DNA of 63,363 nucleotides from an uncultured Pseudomonadales bacterium (lineage in GTDB: Bacteria; Patescibacteriota; Microgenomatia; UBA1400; PJMF01). The stretch's first letter is position 1. Every line of letters starts with the position of its first letter. The notes below the pieces were generated by a model. That model searched no databases and was not told the origin of the DNA. It worked only from the letters and a program-made list of their open reading frames with translations. Shown in pieces: positions 9,262 to 16,410 of this stretch. The stretch covers positions 1-63,363 of the forward strand of contig CAZWWE010000005.1 of NCBI GenBank assembly GCA_964637295.1, written 5' to 3'. A program made the position numbers and the translations under genes.

Positions 9262-12200
9262 TTAGACTAGTAAAAATGTTTGACGCTTTTTCCATAGCCA
9301 ATGGCCACATATAAGTAAAAAGATAAAGCCAAAATATTCTAAAGACTGTGGCCAAAAGAAAAGATAAATGGAATCGTTATTCCCTTGTTCTAAAATCCAA
9401 GCATTGGCCCAATTATTAATTTTCTGGTGTTTTAGTAATTTACCACTTTGTAAAGCCAACCAACCTTCATCATAGGCCTGAGACAATTTTAAATAATTGG
9501 CATCACAATTATTTGGCAAATTAACCTGATATAACCACAAAGCTTTTTTCTGAACTTCAAAATCGCAAGTAGCAAATTCAGCGTTTTGCATTAGCTGATT
9601 TTCTTTTTGCAAATTCAGGCTCATTAAAAATTGATATGGCCAATAAAAAACTTCGGCTGACCGCAGTACATTGCGGTTAACTTCTCGCCCATAAGAATCA
9701 GTGGAAAAATAAAGGGTATAGCCTTGGTTAAAATTTTCAGTCGGTGGCAAAATCTGGTAATTAATGCCGTCGCTTAAATAAGTTTCCAAGGGGCTAAGAC
9801 CCAAACTCTCCGCCTGGGTAGCAAAGACGAAAGGAATAGAGCTCAAGTTTTGGGCATCTAATCGCAGTAGGTAAGCTGAATTATGTTGGAGTTGTTCCAA
9901 ATAAAAATAATCACAAATACTGGTGCCAGTCGCTTGATAATAGTTTTCCTCTGTTCTTTTTTCTTTGAAATAGCTACCGCCAGCAAGCGGGCGACAGTTC
10001 TTTGCTTCCTCTAGATTTAAGTCTGTTTTCAAAACATTGCTTTGCAAAACGACTTTGGGAATTTTCACCGTTAAATCAGCAACTTCTTCCACCTTATAAG
10101 TTTTAGCTGATAAGTCAAAAAACGACAAATCTAAAAAGGCATAATCGAAATATTCTATTTTCGTCTGATTGCTTAAAGCGATGGTATTGCGCAGTTTAGT
10201 ATTGAGCAAAACATCCATTTCTCCATTTGTCGCGAATTCGCTCAACAACTGATTGTTAATGTTAAGGAAACAATCAACCTCTGTCTGGCAAAACTGACTA
10301 TTGAGAGAAAGTTCTTTAGTTAAATCAAAAGTAAATTTCTGGTCGTTTAAATAAATCTCTGGTAAAAGGGCTTTAAAGGTTAATTTAATTAAATTGCCCT
10401 CTACTGTCCAAGTTAGATGAAAAGGTAAATAGTTTTCAGTCTGTAACAAGTCTGGTAGCTGCAAGGAGAAATCAGTAGTTGCCGGTTTATTGCTAGTTAA
10501 ATAGAAAAAGTCATTATCTTCACTTAAATTAAATTCCAAATCTTTTTGTAAGTGATTGGTAAACAAAGAAGCAAAGGGATATATAATTTCCGCATTCTCT
10601 GCGTTATTTTTGTCAACACTTAAATAGTCGTGAAAATCATTAAAAGCCTGTTCGCTCCAGCTATGTTTATAAGAATTATTTATTATAGGTAAATTCTTAT
10701 ATAAACTGACAAAATCTTTTTCACGGCTATTTTCTGTATCGGCAAAGCTATAAAGGGTAATGAAATCAAACTCTTTGATTAAATTTATACGGCTAGAGCT
10801 TGTTAATAGCTCTTTAAGAGATTGGTAATCAAAAGGCTTGACAGTGTTACGATTAACAATCGAAGTATCCAATAATAAATAGTCAACATCATATTGACTG
10901 AAAATATTCTCCAACATTTTCACGTCTTTTTTGTCCAGAGCCGCTTGTAGCTGCCAATAATAACGCTCATCGGCTTCACTCCAAACATCGAAGGCACGAT
11001 CTAAAATCGGTTGTTTAATGCCATACCACAAGAAACCAGAGCCACGATAGCCCCAGTCATTCCACTGCCAACCATAAAAGCTATGTTGAGGTAGATTGGC
11101 GATGCGACTACTTTCTGGAACTTCATTTTTGAAATATGCAAAAGCTTTGAAATAAACTTCTGGAATCTGTACTCGCAATTTTTCATAAAAGAAATGCCCT
11201 TGAAATGAGGGCCAAGAATAAAAAATGAGAGAAACAAAAAAGATTAGAGCAAAGATTATTTTGAAGATTTTTTTCTTGAGCAAAGAGAAAACAAAAGTTA
11301 AACTAAAAGTGACAAACAAACTATAAAACAAGCTATAAGGCACAATCCATTTGGTGAAAGATGAGCGAAAAATTTGACCAAAAAGCGGTATCTTTTCACG
11401 CAAGAAATCGTAAATAAATCCAAGTGGTGGATTAGAACCAAGAAGAATAAAACAGCAAAATAAGAACAAAGTTAAAAGCAGCCAACGAGATTGTTTTAAT
11501 TTTAAAGATAACTTTTTTGAAATAAAAAGAGAAGTGACGCCCACTAGTAATAAAGCGAAGAAAGTAAAAGAAATGAGAACAGCTAAGGGATTTTGGAAGT
11601 GAATTTTCCATTCATCTAGTAAAAAAACCATATTACCAGACTGGTCAAAATCCACAGAATCAAACCAATAACCCTTTAACTGAGCTAGATCATAGAAATT
11701 GCCAAATTTATTATTACGTAAAAATACAGACTCAGTGGTCATCAAATTTCCTTTGGCATTAACGGTTGCGTCACTATTAGTCAAAGTAAAAAAAGACACT
11801 GGTAAAAGCCAAAAAGCATTGACCAAAAATACTATTAATAAAATTTTTAAAGAATTTAAAATCTTTTCTTTTCTAGAGAAAACTTTTCTTCCAAAAAAAT
11901 AAAATAGCAAAATTATCGCTAATAAAATTAAATAAACTAAAAAGATAGTTTGTATATAACCCATAACTGTTCCAAACAATGAAATTAAAAAAAATAAAAA
12001 TAAATTTTTTCTAGAATTTTTATTTAAGTATTTAAGTAAAAAATAAAATAACCATGGGAAAAAAGCAAAAAAGGCTGTGAAAGGTTCAAAAGTCACATAA
12101 AAGTTTTGCATTGTGCCAATATTCAATAAATAAAAACTTGCTCCTAAAAAGGAAATTAGTCTGTTCTTTGTAAAATAAACAAACAAATAATAAGAACCCA

Positions 12201-12516
12201 AAACTCCAATAAATAATGAAGTAAAATTCCAAAAGTAACGCAAAAAAGATTGCTCAAAAATAAAAGAAAACGGAATAAGAAATATTTGACGAATTAAATC
12301 CGCACCATGACCCATACCGCCGAGCAAACCTAAACCCTGATACTCTTGCCAGGAAACATTTAAGGATCTTTCTAAATTTATGAATAGATCAAAATCAACT
12401 TGCAAATTATCCCAACCAGTTAAATAAGTATTTTTACTAAAATTAACTATAGAAAGCACCAAGACTAATAAAAAAAGTAATAATGGAAAAAGTAATTTTT
12501 CAATTGTTTTTTTCAT
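9262..12516 (-). CDS. large integral-membrane glycosyltransferase-like protein (GT-C / AftD-like candidate)
   Basis: 1084 aa. The N-terminal ~450 aa has many TM helices and is followed by a ~600-aa soluble domain and a C-terminal TM. 4-nt overlap with the upstream GT1 gene. Confidence 0.55.
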   Translation of the reverse strand: MKKTIEKLLFPLLLFLLVLVLSIVNFSKNTYLTGWDNLQVDFDLFINLERSLNVSWQEYQGLGLLGGMGHGADLIRQIFLIPFSFIFEQSFLRYFWNFTSLFIGVLGSYYLFVYFTKNRLISFLGASFYLLNIGTMQNFYVTFEPFTAFFAFFPWLFYFLLKYLNKNSRKNLFLFFLISLFGTVMGYIQTIFLVYLILLAIILLFYFFGRKVFSRKEKILNSLKILLIVFLVNAFWLLPVSFFTLTNSDATVNAKGNLMTTESVFLRNNKFGNFYDLAQLKGYWFDSVDFDQSGNMVFLLDEWKIHFQNPLAVLISFTFFALLLVGVTSLFISKKLSLKLKQSRWLLLTLFLFCCFILLGSNPPLGFIYDFLREKIPLFGQIFRSSFTKWIVPYSLFYSLFVTFSLTFVFSLLKKKIFKIIFALIFFVSLIFYSWPSFQGHFFYEKLRVQIPEVYFKAFAYFKNEVPESSRIANLPQHSFYGWQWNDWGYRGSGFLWYGIKQPILDRAFDVWSEADERYYWQLQAALDKKDVKMLENIFSQYDVDYLLLDTSIVNRNTVKPFDYQSLKELLTSSSRINLIKEFDFITLYSFADTENSREKDFVSLYKNLPIINNSYKHSWSEQAFNDFHDYLSVDKNNAENAEIIYPFASLFTNHLQKDLEFNLSEDNDFFYLTSNKPATTDFSLQLPDLLQTENYLPFHLTWTVEGNLIKLTFKALLPEIYLNDQKFTFDLTKELSLNSQFCQTEVDCFLNINNQLLSEFATNGEMDVLLNTKLRNTIALSNQTKIEYFDYAFLDLSFFDLSAKTYKVEEVADLTVKIPKVVLQSNVLKTDLNLEEAKNCRPLAGGSYFKEKRTEENYYQATGTSICDYFYLEQLQHNSAYLLRLDAQNLSSIPFVFATQAESLGLSPLETYLSDGINYQILPPTENFNQGYTLYFSTDSYGREVNRNVLRSAEVFYWPYQFLMSLNLQKENQLMQNAEFATCDFEVQKKALWLYQVNLPNNCDANYLKLSQAYDEGWLALQSGKLLKHQKINNWANAWILEQGNNDSIYLFFWPQSLEYFGFIFLLICGHWLWKKRQTFLLV

Positions 12517-13709
12517 GAATAAATCTTATTAATTAAAGATAAATACTGACTAGAAATCTCTTCTATTTTACGCCTAGCTTTAATTTCTTTAGCGAACAAT
12601 TTAAGACTGGTTAAGCGATCTTCATCTAGTTGTCTAATAATTCTAGAAAGATCTTCTTTGTTTAATTCAAAAATTAAATTCCCATCTTTTAGACCTGATT
12701 TTTGTAGTGCTAAATTAATGTCCTCACTATCCAAATAATATTTTAGTTTTTCAGATAAAATTGCTGGTTTTTCATAACTCCAAGCCATAGCTAATGGTCC
12801 AGAAGAAGAGAACATTGTCATATAAGGTAATATGATCAAGTCACAAGCAATAAAATAGCTAATCATTTGCTCTTCAGTTACAAAGCCAGTTACATTAATA
12901 TTTTTTTTATTGGCAAGGGAATAAATTTCGTTTACATAATCATTAATAAGCTTATTGCTCTTGTGATTAGGATTGATTCCTCCAACAACAATCAGCTCAT
13001 AGCCCAAGTCTTTAGTCCAATTTTCCAATAACCATTTAATGCCCTTATAAGGAGCAATATAACCAAATACCATGGCGTACTTTTTAATTTGATCTAAGTT
13101 TAAATTTTCTCTGGCTACTAATTTGGAGATAGGACTACCAGTAGAAGAAATTAAATGAGGAATAAAAATTGCTTTTTTACCTAGACTATTTAACAAATAC
13201 TTTTCAAAAACTACAATTTTTTTGACAACTATGTTGAGATAAAAATACCATAATTTCAAAGCTATGTTTTTAATAAAAATATAAAATTTATTTGTTTCAA
13301 CATCGCTCATGTCTTGAGGAGCCTGATGCAAAATAAAAACTACAGATTTTCCACATATGAAAAGAAAAAACAATCCTAACATTGCCAAAAGAGTGCAAAA
13401 GAGATTGCCAAACATATTAATTTCAAAAGAAAAAATTATTTGTTTTTCTCTTCTTTGCAAAAGAAAAACAAATAATCTAAAAATACTTAAAAAATTATTT
13501 CTCTTCCAAAATCTTTTAATAAATAAACCATCTTCAAAATATTTTTCTGGCACAGAAAATCTTTCAGACAAAACAATAATTTTTCCATTAAATTTAACTG
13601 CTAAACTTTGAAGAAGCAATTTGGTATAAGAAGCCACGCCCACTGTTTCAGCGGCGTGAGTCGCACCTTTTCTCGGATAGCTAGAAACAACGATTAAGCT
13701 TTGAGCCAT
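12513..13709 (-). CDS. glycosyltransferase, GT-B fold (group 1)
   Basis: 398 aa. The C-terminal half resembles the Glycos_transf_1 pattern. Overlaps the GT2 gene and the 1084-aa gene. Confidence 0.7.
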   Translation of the reverse strand: MAQSLIVVSSYPRKGATHAAETVGVASYTKLLLQSLAVKFNGKIIVLSERFSVPEKYFEDGLFIKRFWKRNNFLSIFRLFVFLLQRREKQIIFSFEINMFGNLFCTLLAMLGLFFLFICGKSVVFILHQAPQDMSDVETNKFYIFIKNIALKLWYFYLNIVVKKIVVFEKYLLNSLGKKAIFIPHLISSTGSPISKLVARENLNLDQIKKYAMVFGYIAPYKGIKWLLENWTKDLGYELIVVGGINPNHKSNKLINDYVNEIYSLANKKNINVTGFVTEEQMISYFIACDLIILPYMTMFSSSGPLAMAWSYEKPAILSEKLKYYLDSEDINLALQKSGLKDGNLIFELNKEDLSRIIRQLDEDRLTSLKLFAKEIKARRKIEEISSQYLSLINKIYS

Positions 13710-14485
13710 GAAAATAACCCTGTTTTTAGGGTATCACGGTCAGAGACGAGAGTATAGCTGCCTCGCCAGTCATAGAGGCGAATCGCCAATAGATCAAGCA
13801 GAGACTTGACCACATCTCTTAGCAGATTGACTTTGCTACGCTCATCATTGGACCAGGACACCGGAACTTCTGTCATGGTGAATTGATATTTTTTCGCCAA
13901 ATACAAAATTTCAGCATCATATCCCCAGCGGTTTATCTTCATCATCGGCGCAATGGTCTGATAGGCTTTGCGTTCAAAGAGTTTAAAACCACAAGTAAAA
14001 TCGCTAATTTTGATTCCCAAAAGCAATTGAGTTAAATAAGTAAAACCTTTGCCCATAATTTGGCGGTATAGTGGCTGTGCCAGCAAAACGGTCGACTTGC
14101 CATTCTTTCTGGTACCGACCATCACTTGACTAGCAACTACCCTGCGAGCAAAAAATTTCTGCAATTCACTGAAAGGAGTCGACATATCCACATCAGTTAG
14201 TAGCAACAAATCACCAGTGGCAGCTTGCAAGCCAACTTTGACCGCATGGCCTTTGCCGCGATTGACCTGATAACTGAGTAGTTTGACTGGCACGCGCAAT
14301 TTGCTGCGCAAAAATGGAAGTTGTTTTTTGATTAGGCGAGCTGTCTGATCGGTGCTGCCATCATCGACAAAAAGCACTTCTTGGAGCTTGAAACGCTTGG
14401 GCCACGCTTGCGCCAGAGCCTGGAAAATAATTTCCAACCGCTCTGCTTCATTGAAGACTGGTATTAGCACACTTATTTTTTGCAT
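13694..14485 (-). CDS. GT2 polyprenyl-phosphate glycosyltransferase (dolichyl-phosphate glucosyltransferase-like)
   Basis: VLIPVFNE ... VDDGSTD ... TDVD motifs of GT2 enzymes. Start set at ATG 14485 (MQKISVLIP). Confidence 0.8.
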   Translation of the reverse strand: MQKISVLIPVFNEAERLEIIFQALAQAWPKRFKLQEVLFVDDGSTDQTARLIKKQLPFLRSKLRVPVKLLSYQVNRGKGHAVKVGLQAATGDLLLLTDVDMSTPFSELQKFFARRVVASQVMVGTRKNGKSTVLLAQPLYRQIMGKGFTYLTQLLLGIKISDFTCGFKLFERKAYQTIAPMMKINRWGYDAEILYLAKKYQFTMTEVPVSWSNDERSKVNLLRDVVKSLLDLLAIRLYDWRGSYTLVSDRDTLKTGLFSWLKA

Positions 14486-14738
14486 AACGCTTACTGAAGA
14501 TACCAATTATTAATTAATATGCTCAGTAAGCGAGGCGTGAACCTATGCCAATCACCGTTTCACGGGCGACAGACAAAAGAGGGATAGAACCTCTACGCTT
14601 AGTTGTATGTGGCTTCGACCAACCTTCCAGTGAAGGAAGATGACCCAGGAGGTGTGCTCCTAGCTTGCTCGATCGGCCCGAAGGCGCGGCTCGAGGCAAA
14701 GTGGGTCTAATTGGTTTCAGCGTTTTTGACGCTAGGTA
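14486..14738 (-). ncRNA. candidate structured RNA / regulatory spacer upstream of the GT2-GT1 operon
   Basis: 253-nt GC-enriched noncoding gap on the operon strand. Minus-strand hairpins: CTCGA..GCC-UUCG-GGC..TCGAG (14668-14695), a 7-bp stem at 14645-14663, and the 10-bp stem CGCTTACTGA/TCAGTAAGCG (14488-14532) ending 2 nt before the ATG. Confidence 0.3.
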
Positions 14739-15401
14739 TTACGGGCAGGTAAAATTGCCCGCAAACACCTCGAACGCGGGGATTTCCCGCGCTCCGTTCG
14801 CCTGCTCTTTTTTAAGCAATCGGCAAACGTCCCTGACAGCGTCGGTCAAGGGATAAGCGCTGACGAGTCGCCAAGTGCCCGCCACGATGGAGTAGTCAAC
14901 TCCATCGCCCTTTGCCACAATGACCTTGTCGCCGAGGTCAAAAGTGCAGACCATATTATCCGGGCAAATCGCCTGGACACTGGCCTTCGGCACAGCCCTC
15001 CAAGTCCAGCCGCACGGTTCAGTGCTGATGCGCTGAACATCCACCCCAGTCGCCGTTTTAGCGTCGGCCGTGGTGAAATCACAAACGGACATGAGTTCGT
15101 CCGTTTGGGAGGCGGGGGTGTTAGCCTGCGCGGTTTCAGTCCCCGACATGGTCGGGGTGAAGGTTGGCACCGGGGTTTCGGTCGGCGGGACCTGCATCTC
15201 CTCCCCGTCAGGGGTGGGGGACGCAGTGGGGGACGCGGTGGGAGCCTGGGCGGTTTGCACCGCCTTTTCGACAGCCTGAGCAATGAGGGCGACTTGCTCC
15301 TCTTCGCTCAAAGTCGTGGGCGCGGGGGTGCTCATGGCGTCACAGGCGCCGAGCACCAAGCTCGCCATCATGGCGAGCGCAATCAGGGTAAAACGTTTCA
15401 T
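14739..15401 (-). CDS. lipoprotein, unknown function, high-GC (foreign-looking) gene
   Basis: Strong SD GGAAGGAGAAACC-ATG, signal peptide MKRFTLIALAMMASLVLGAC with a lipobox, P/T/A-rich linker and a Cys-rich C-terminal domain. About 60% GC against an AT-rich background. Confidence 0.75.
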   Translation of the reverse strand: MKRFTLIALAMMASLVLGACDAMSTPAPTTLSEEEQVALIAQAVEKAVQTAQAPTASPTASPTPDGEEMQVPPTETPVPTFTPTMSGTETAQANTPASQTDELMSVCDFTTADAKTATGVDVQRISTEPCGWTWRAVPKASVQAICPDNMVCTFDLGDKVIVAKGDGVDYSIVAGTWRLVSAYPLTDAVRDVCRLLKKEQANGAREIPAFEVFAGNFTCP

Positions 15402-15958
15402 GGTTTCTCCTTCCTGGGCTGAACTACCCAGGACATTGCCAACCAATGATCTCTCATTAGCAATGTCCTAGGCAATTCGCCACAAGTTGAAGAAAGATGA
15501 AATTTCACCCAACAAATACAACTATTTTGTGGAATATTTGATAAATCAAATATTGATCTCTTAGCTTGCGCTAAGTGATCTTCACGCCTTGTTAAAATGC
15601 ATCTCTTCCTGAGATTATTGTCGTCTGTTAGGCGGCTTGCGCCTAGAGATAACATCTCGATCGGAGATACCCTTCTGCTCTTTCAAGCAGAGAGGAGGTT
15701 TCTGACTCAGAGCCTACATTGCAAACTTCCTTCGTGAAAGTCTGCAGGTAAGCCCTGCTCTGGTCTGTTGCGGGATGGCGCAAACAAGCCCGAAGATCAG
15801 AAACCTTTTCTCTGCCAAAAAATTTTATTTTGGACCCTGTCTTTTTGCTTTGCAAAAAGCAGCTGGTACAAAAGATGCTGTGCATAAGACGATCTTTCAA
15901 TCATCAATTAATAGGGAATTTTGTTTTATTTTAGTCATTAGCCATTCCCTAATAACTA
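15402..15958 (-). ncRNA. candidate long structured 5' leader / large ncRNA
   Basis: About 550 nt between the predicted promoter and the lipoprotein ATG. At least 8 local hairpins. On the minus strand two have GCAA (GNRA) tetraloops (15560-15575; 15634-15643). Long-range pairing GGTTTCTGA/TCAGAAACC. Confidence 0.35.
15832..15886. repeat. 55-nt two-hairpin repeat, copy 1 (partner at 30265..30319)
   Basis: GGACCCTGTCTTTTTGC..GCAAAAAGCAGCTGGTACRAAAGATGCTGTGCATA. The two copies differ only in predicted loop positions. Confidence 0.7.
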
Positions 15959-15964
15959 GGACAA

Positions 15965-15993
15965 AGTATATCACTATAAGTCATTTTTGTCAA
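15965..15993 (-). promoter_or_regulatory. sigma70-like promoter directing leftward transcription
   Basis: Minus strand TTGACA-17 nt-TATACT. It is preceded by TATCCTATAAT, the same upstream module seen at 17115-17154. Confidence 0.5.
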
Positions 15994-16067
15994 GATTATA
16001 GGATAGTTTTTGGAACTGTTTGGAAGAATCACACTTCTTGTAACCTGAGATTGAGATAATCAATTCA

Positions 16068-16138
16068 GGGCCCGGTGTTGGTGCGCAGTTGGACTTACGA
16101 ACTCTGACTTAGGGGTTTGATTCCCCTCGGGTCCACCA
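16068..16138 (+). tRNA. tRNA-like element / degenerate tRNA (pseudo), CCA encoded
   Basis: 7-bp acceptor stem GGGCCCG/CGGGTCC with a G3:U70 pair, T arm AGGGG-TTTGATT-CCCCT, discriminator A and encoded CCA. The core is about 5 nt short, there is no canonical D arm, and the T loop has T instead of C56. Confidence 0.4.
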
Positions 16139-16150
16139 TAAAATTTGCTG

Positions 16151-16179
16151 TTGAAAATAAACACGCATTTTGTTAAAAT
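16151..16179 (+). promoter_or_regulatory. sigma70-like promoter (extended -10) for a short transcript
   Basis: TTGAAA-17 nt-TAAAAT with TGT immediately upstream of the -10. Confidence 0.45.
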
Positions 16180-16185
16180 TTAGGT

Positions 16186-16252
16186 AGTTCGTAAGTTCAC
16201 AGACACTGCACAAGTCAGGTCAGAAAATCACTCCTAACCGAGTGATTTTTTG
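16186..16252 (+). ncRNA. candidate ~67-nt small RNA
   Basis: Bounded by the promoter at 16151-16179 and an intrinsic terminator. The 5' 13 nt (AGTTCGTAAGTTC) are complementary to 16091-16103 of the adjacent tRNA-like element. Confidence 0.35.
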
Positions 16253-16256
16253 TTTT
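16224..16256 (+). terminator. rho-independent terminator
   Basis: AAAATCACTC-CTAACC-GAGTGATTTT followed by a T run. Confidence 0.7.
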
Positions 16257-16363
16257 AAATTTACATCTTTAAAGTCTCCGTCCTCCGTCTCCACTTCGAA
16301 CATTCCCTCTCGTCTTCCGCCTATGCTCCAAACATTCCTTCGTATAACTCAGTCGCAAAGCCA

Positions 16364-16390
16364 ATCAAAAAGCCCCGCCATAAGCGGGGC
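16364..16390 (-). terminator. rho-independent terminator of the surface-protein gene
   Basis: Minus strand GCCCCGC-TTATG-GCGGGGC followed by TTTTTG. Confidence 0.7.
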
Positions 16391-16410
16391 TTCAAGTTCC
16401 AATAAAAATC

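Noticed and set aside
14665-15471. Multiple long ORFs in other frames of the GC-rich segment (14665..14856, 14846..15283, 15070..15279, 15105..15422, 15283..15471), including Pro/Arg/Gly-rich products.
   Set aside because: This is the typical stop-codon depletion of high-GC DNA. Only the 14739..15401 frame has an SD, a signal peptide and a non-repetitive composition.
15737-15805. RNase P RNA-like strings (GTGAAAGTCTGCAGG and ATCAGAAACC).
   Set aside because: The two P4-like strings are only about 50 nt apart, whereas a real RNase P RNA needs about 250 nt between them. The other conserved regions are absent.
14486-15958. The GC-rich segment as a diversity-generating retroelement, retron or group II intron.
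   Set aside because: There is no reverse transcriptase, no VR/TR repeat pair at the ORF 3' end, no GUGYG...AY boundaries and no domain V-like hairpin.
15398-16059. Track ORFs 15398..15655, 15643..15900 and 15775..16059 in the leader region.
   Set aside because: They have no RBS and odd composition, and they span hairpin-dense sequence and the predicted promoter. The region is better explained as noncoding RNA.
15832-16138. A standard or permuted tmRNA (ssrA) ending at the CCA at 16138.
   Set aside because: The only strand giving a perfect acceptor stem with G3:U70 (GGGCCCG) lies just 60 nt upstream of the 3' strand. GGACCCT at 15832 would give A3-U70 and a mismatched seventh pair. No tag ORF or pseudoknots were recognisable. 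No 5' acceptor strand lies downstream of the CCA, as a permuted gene would require.
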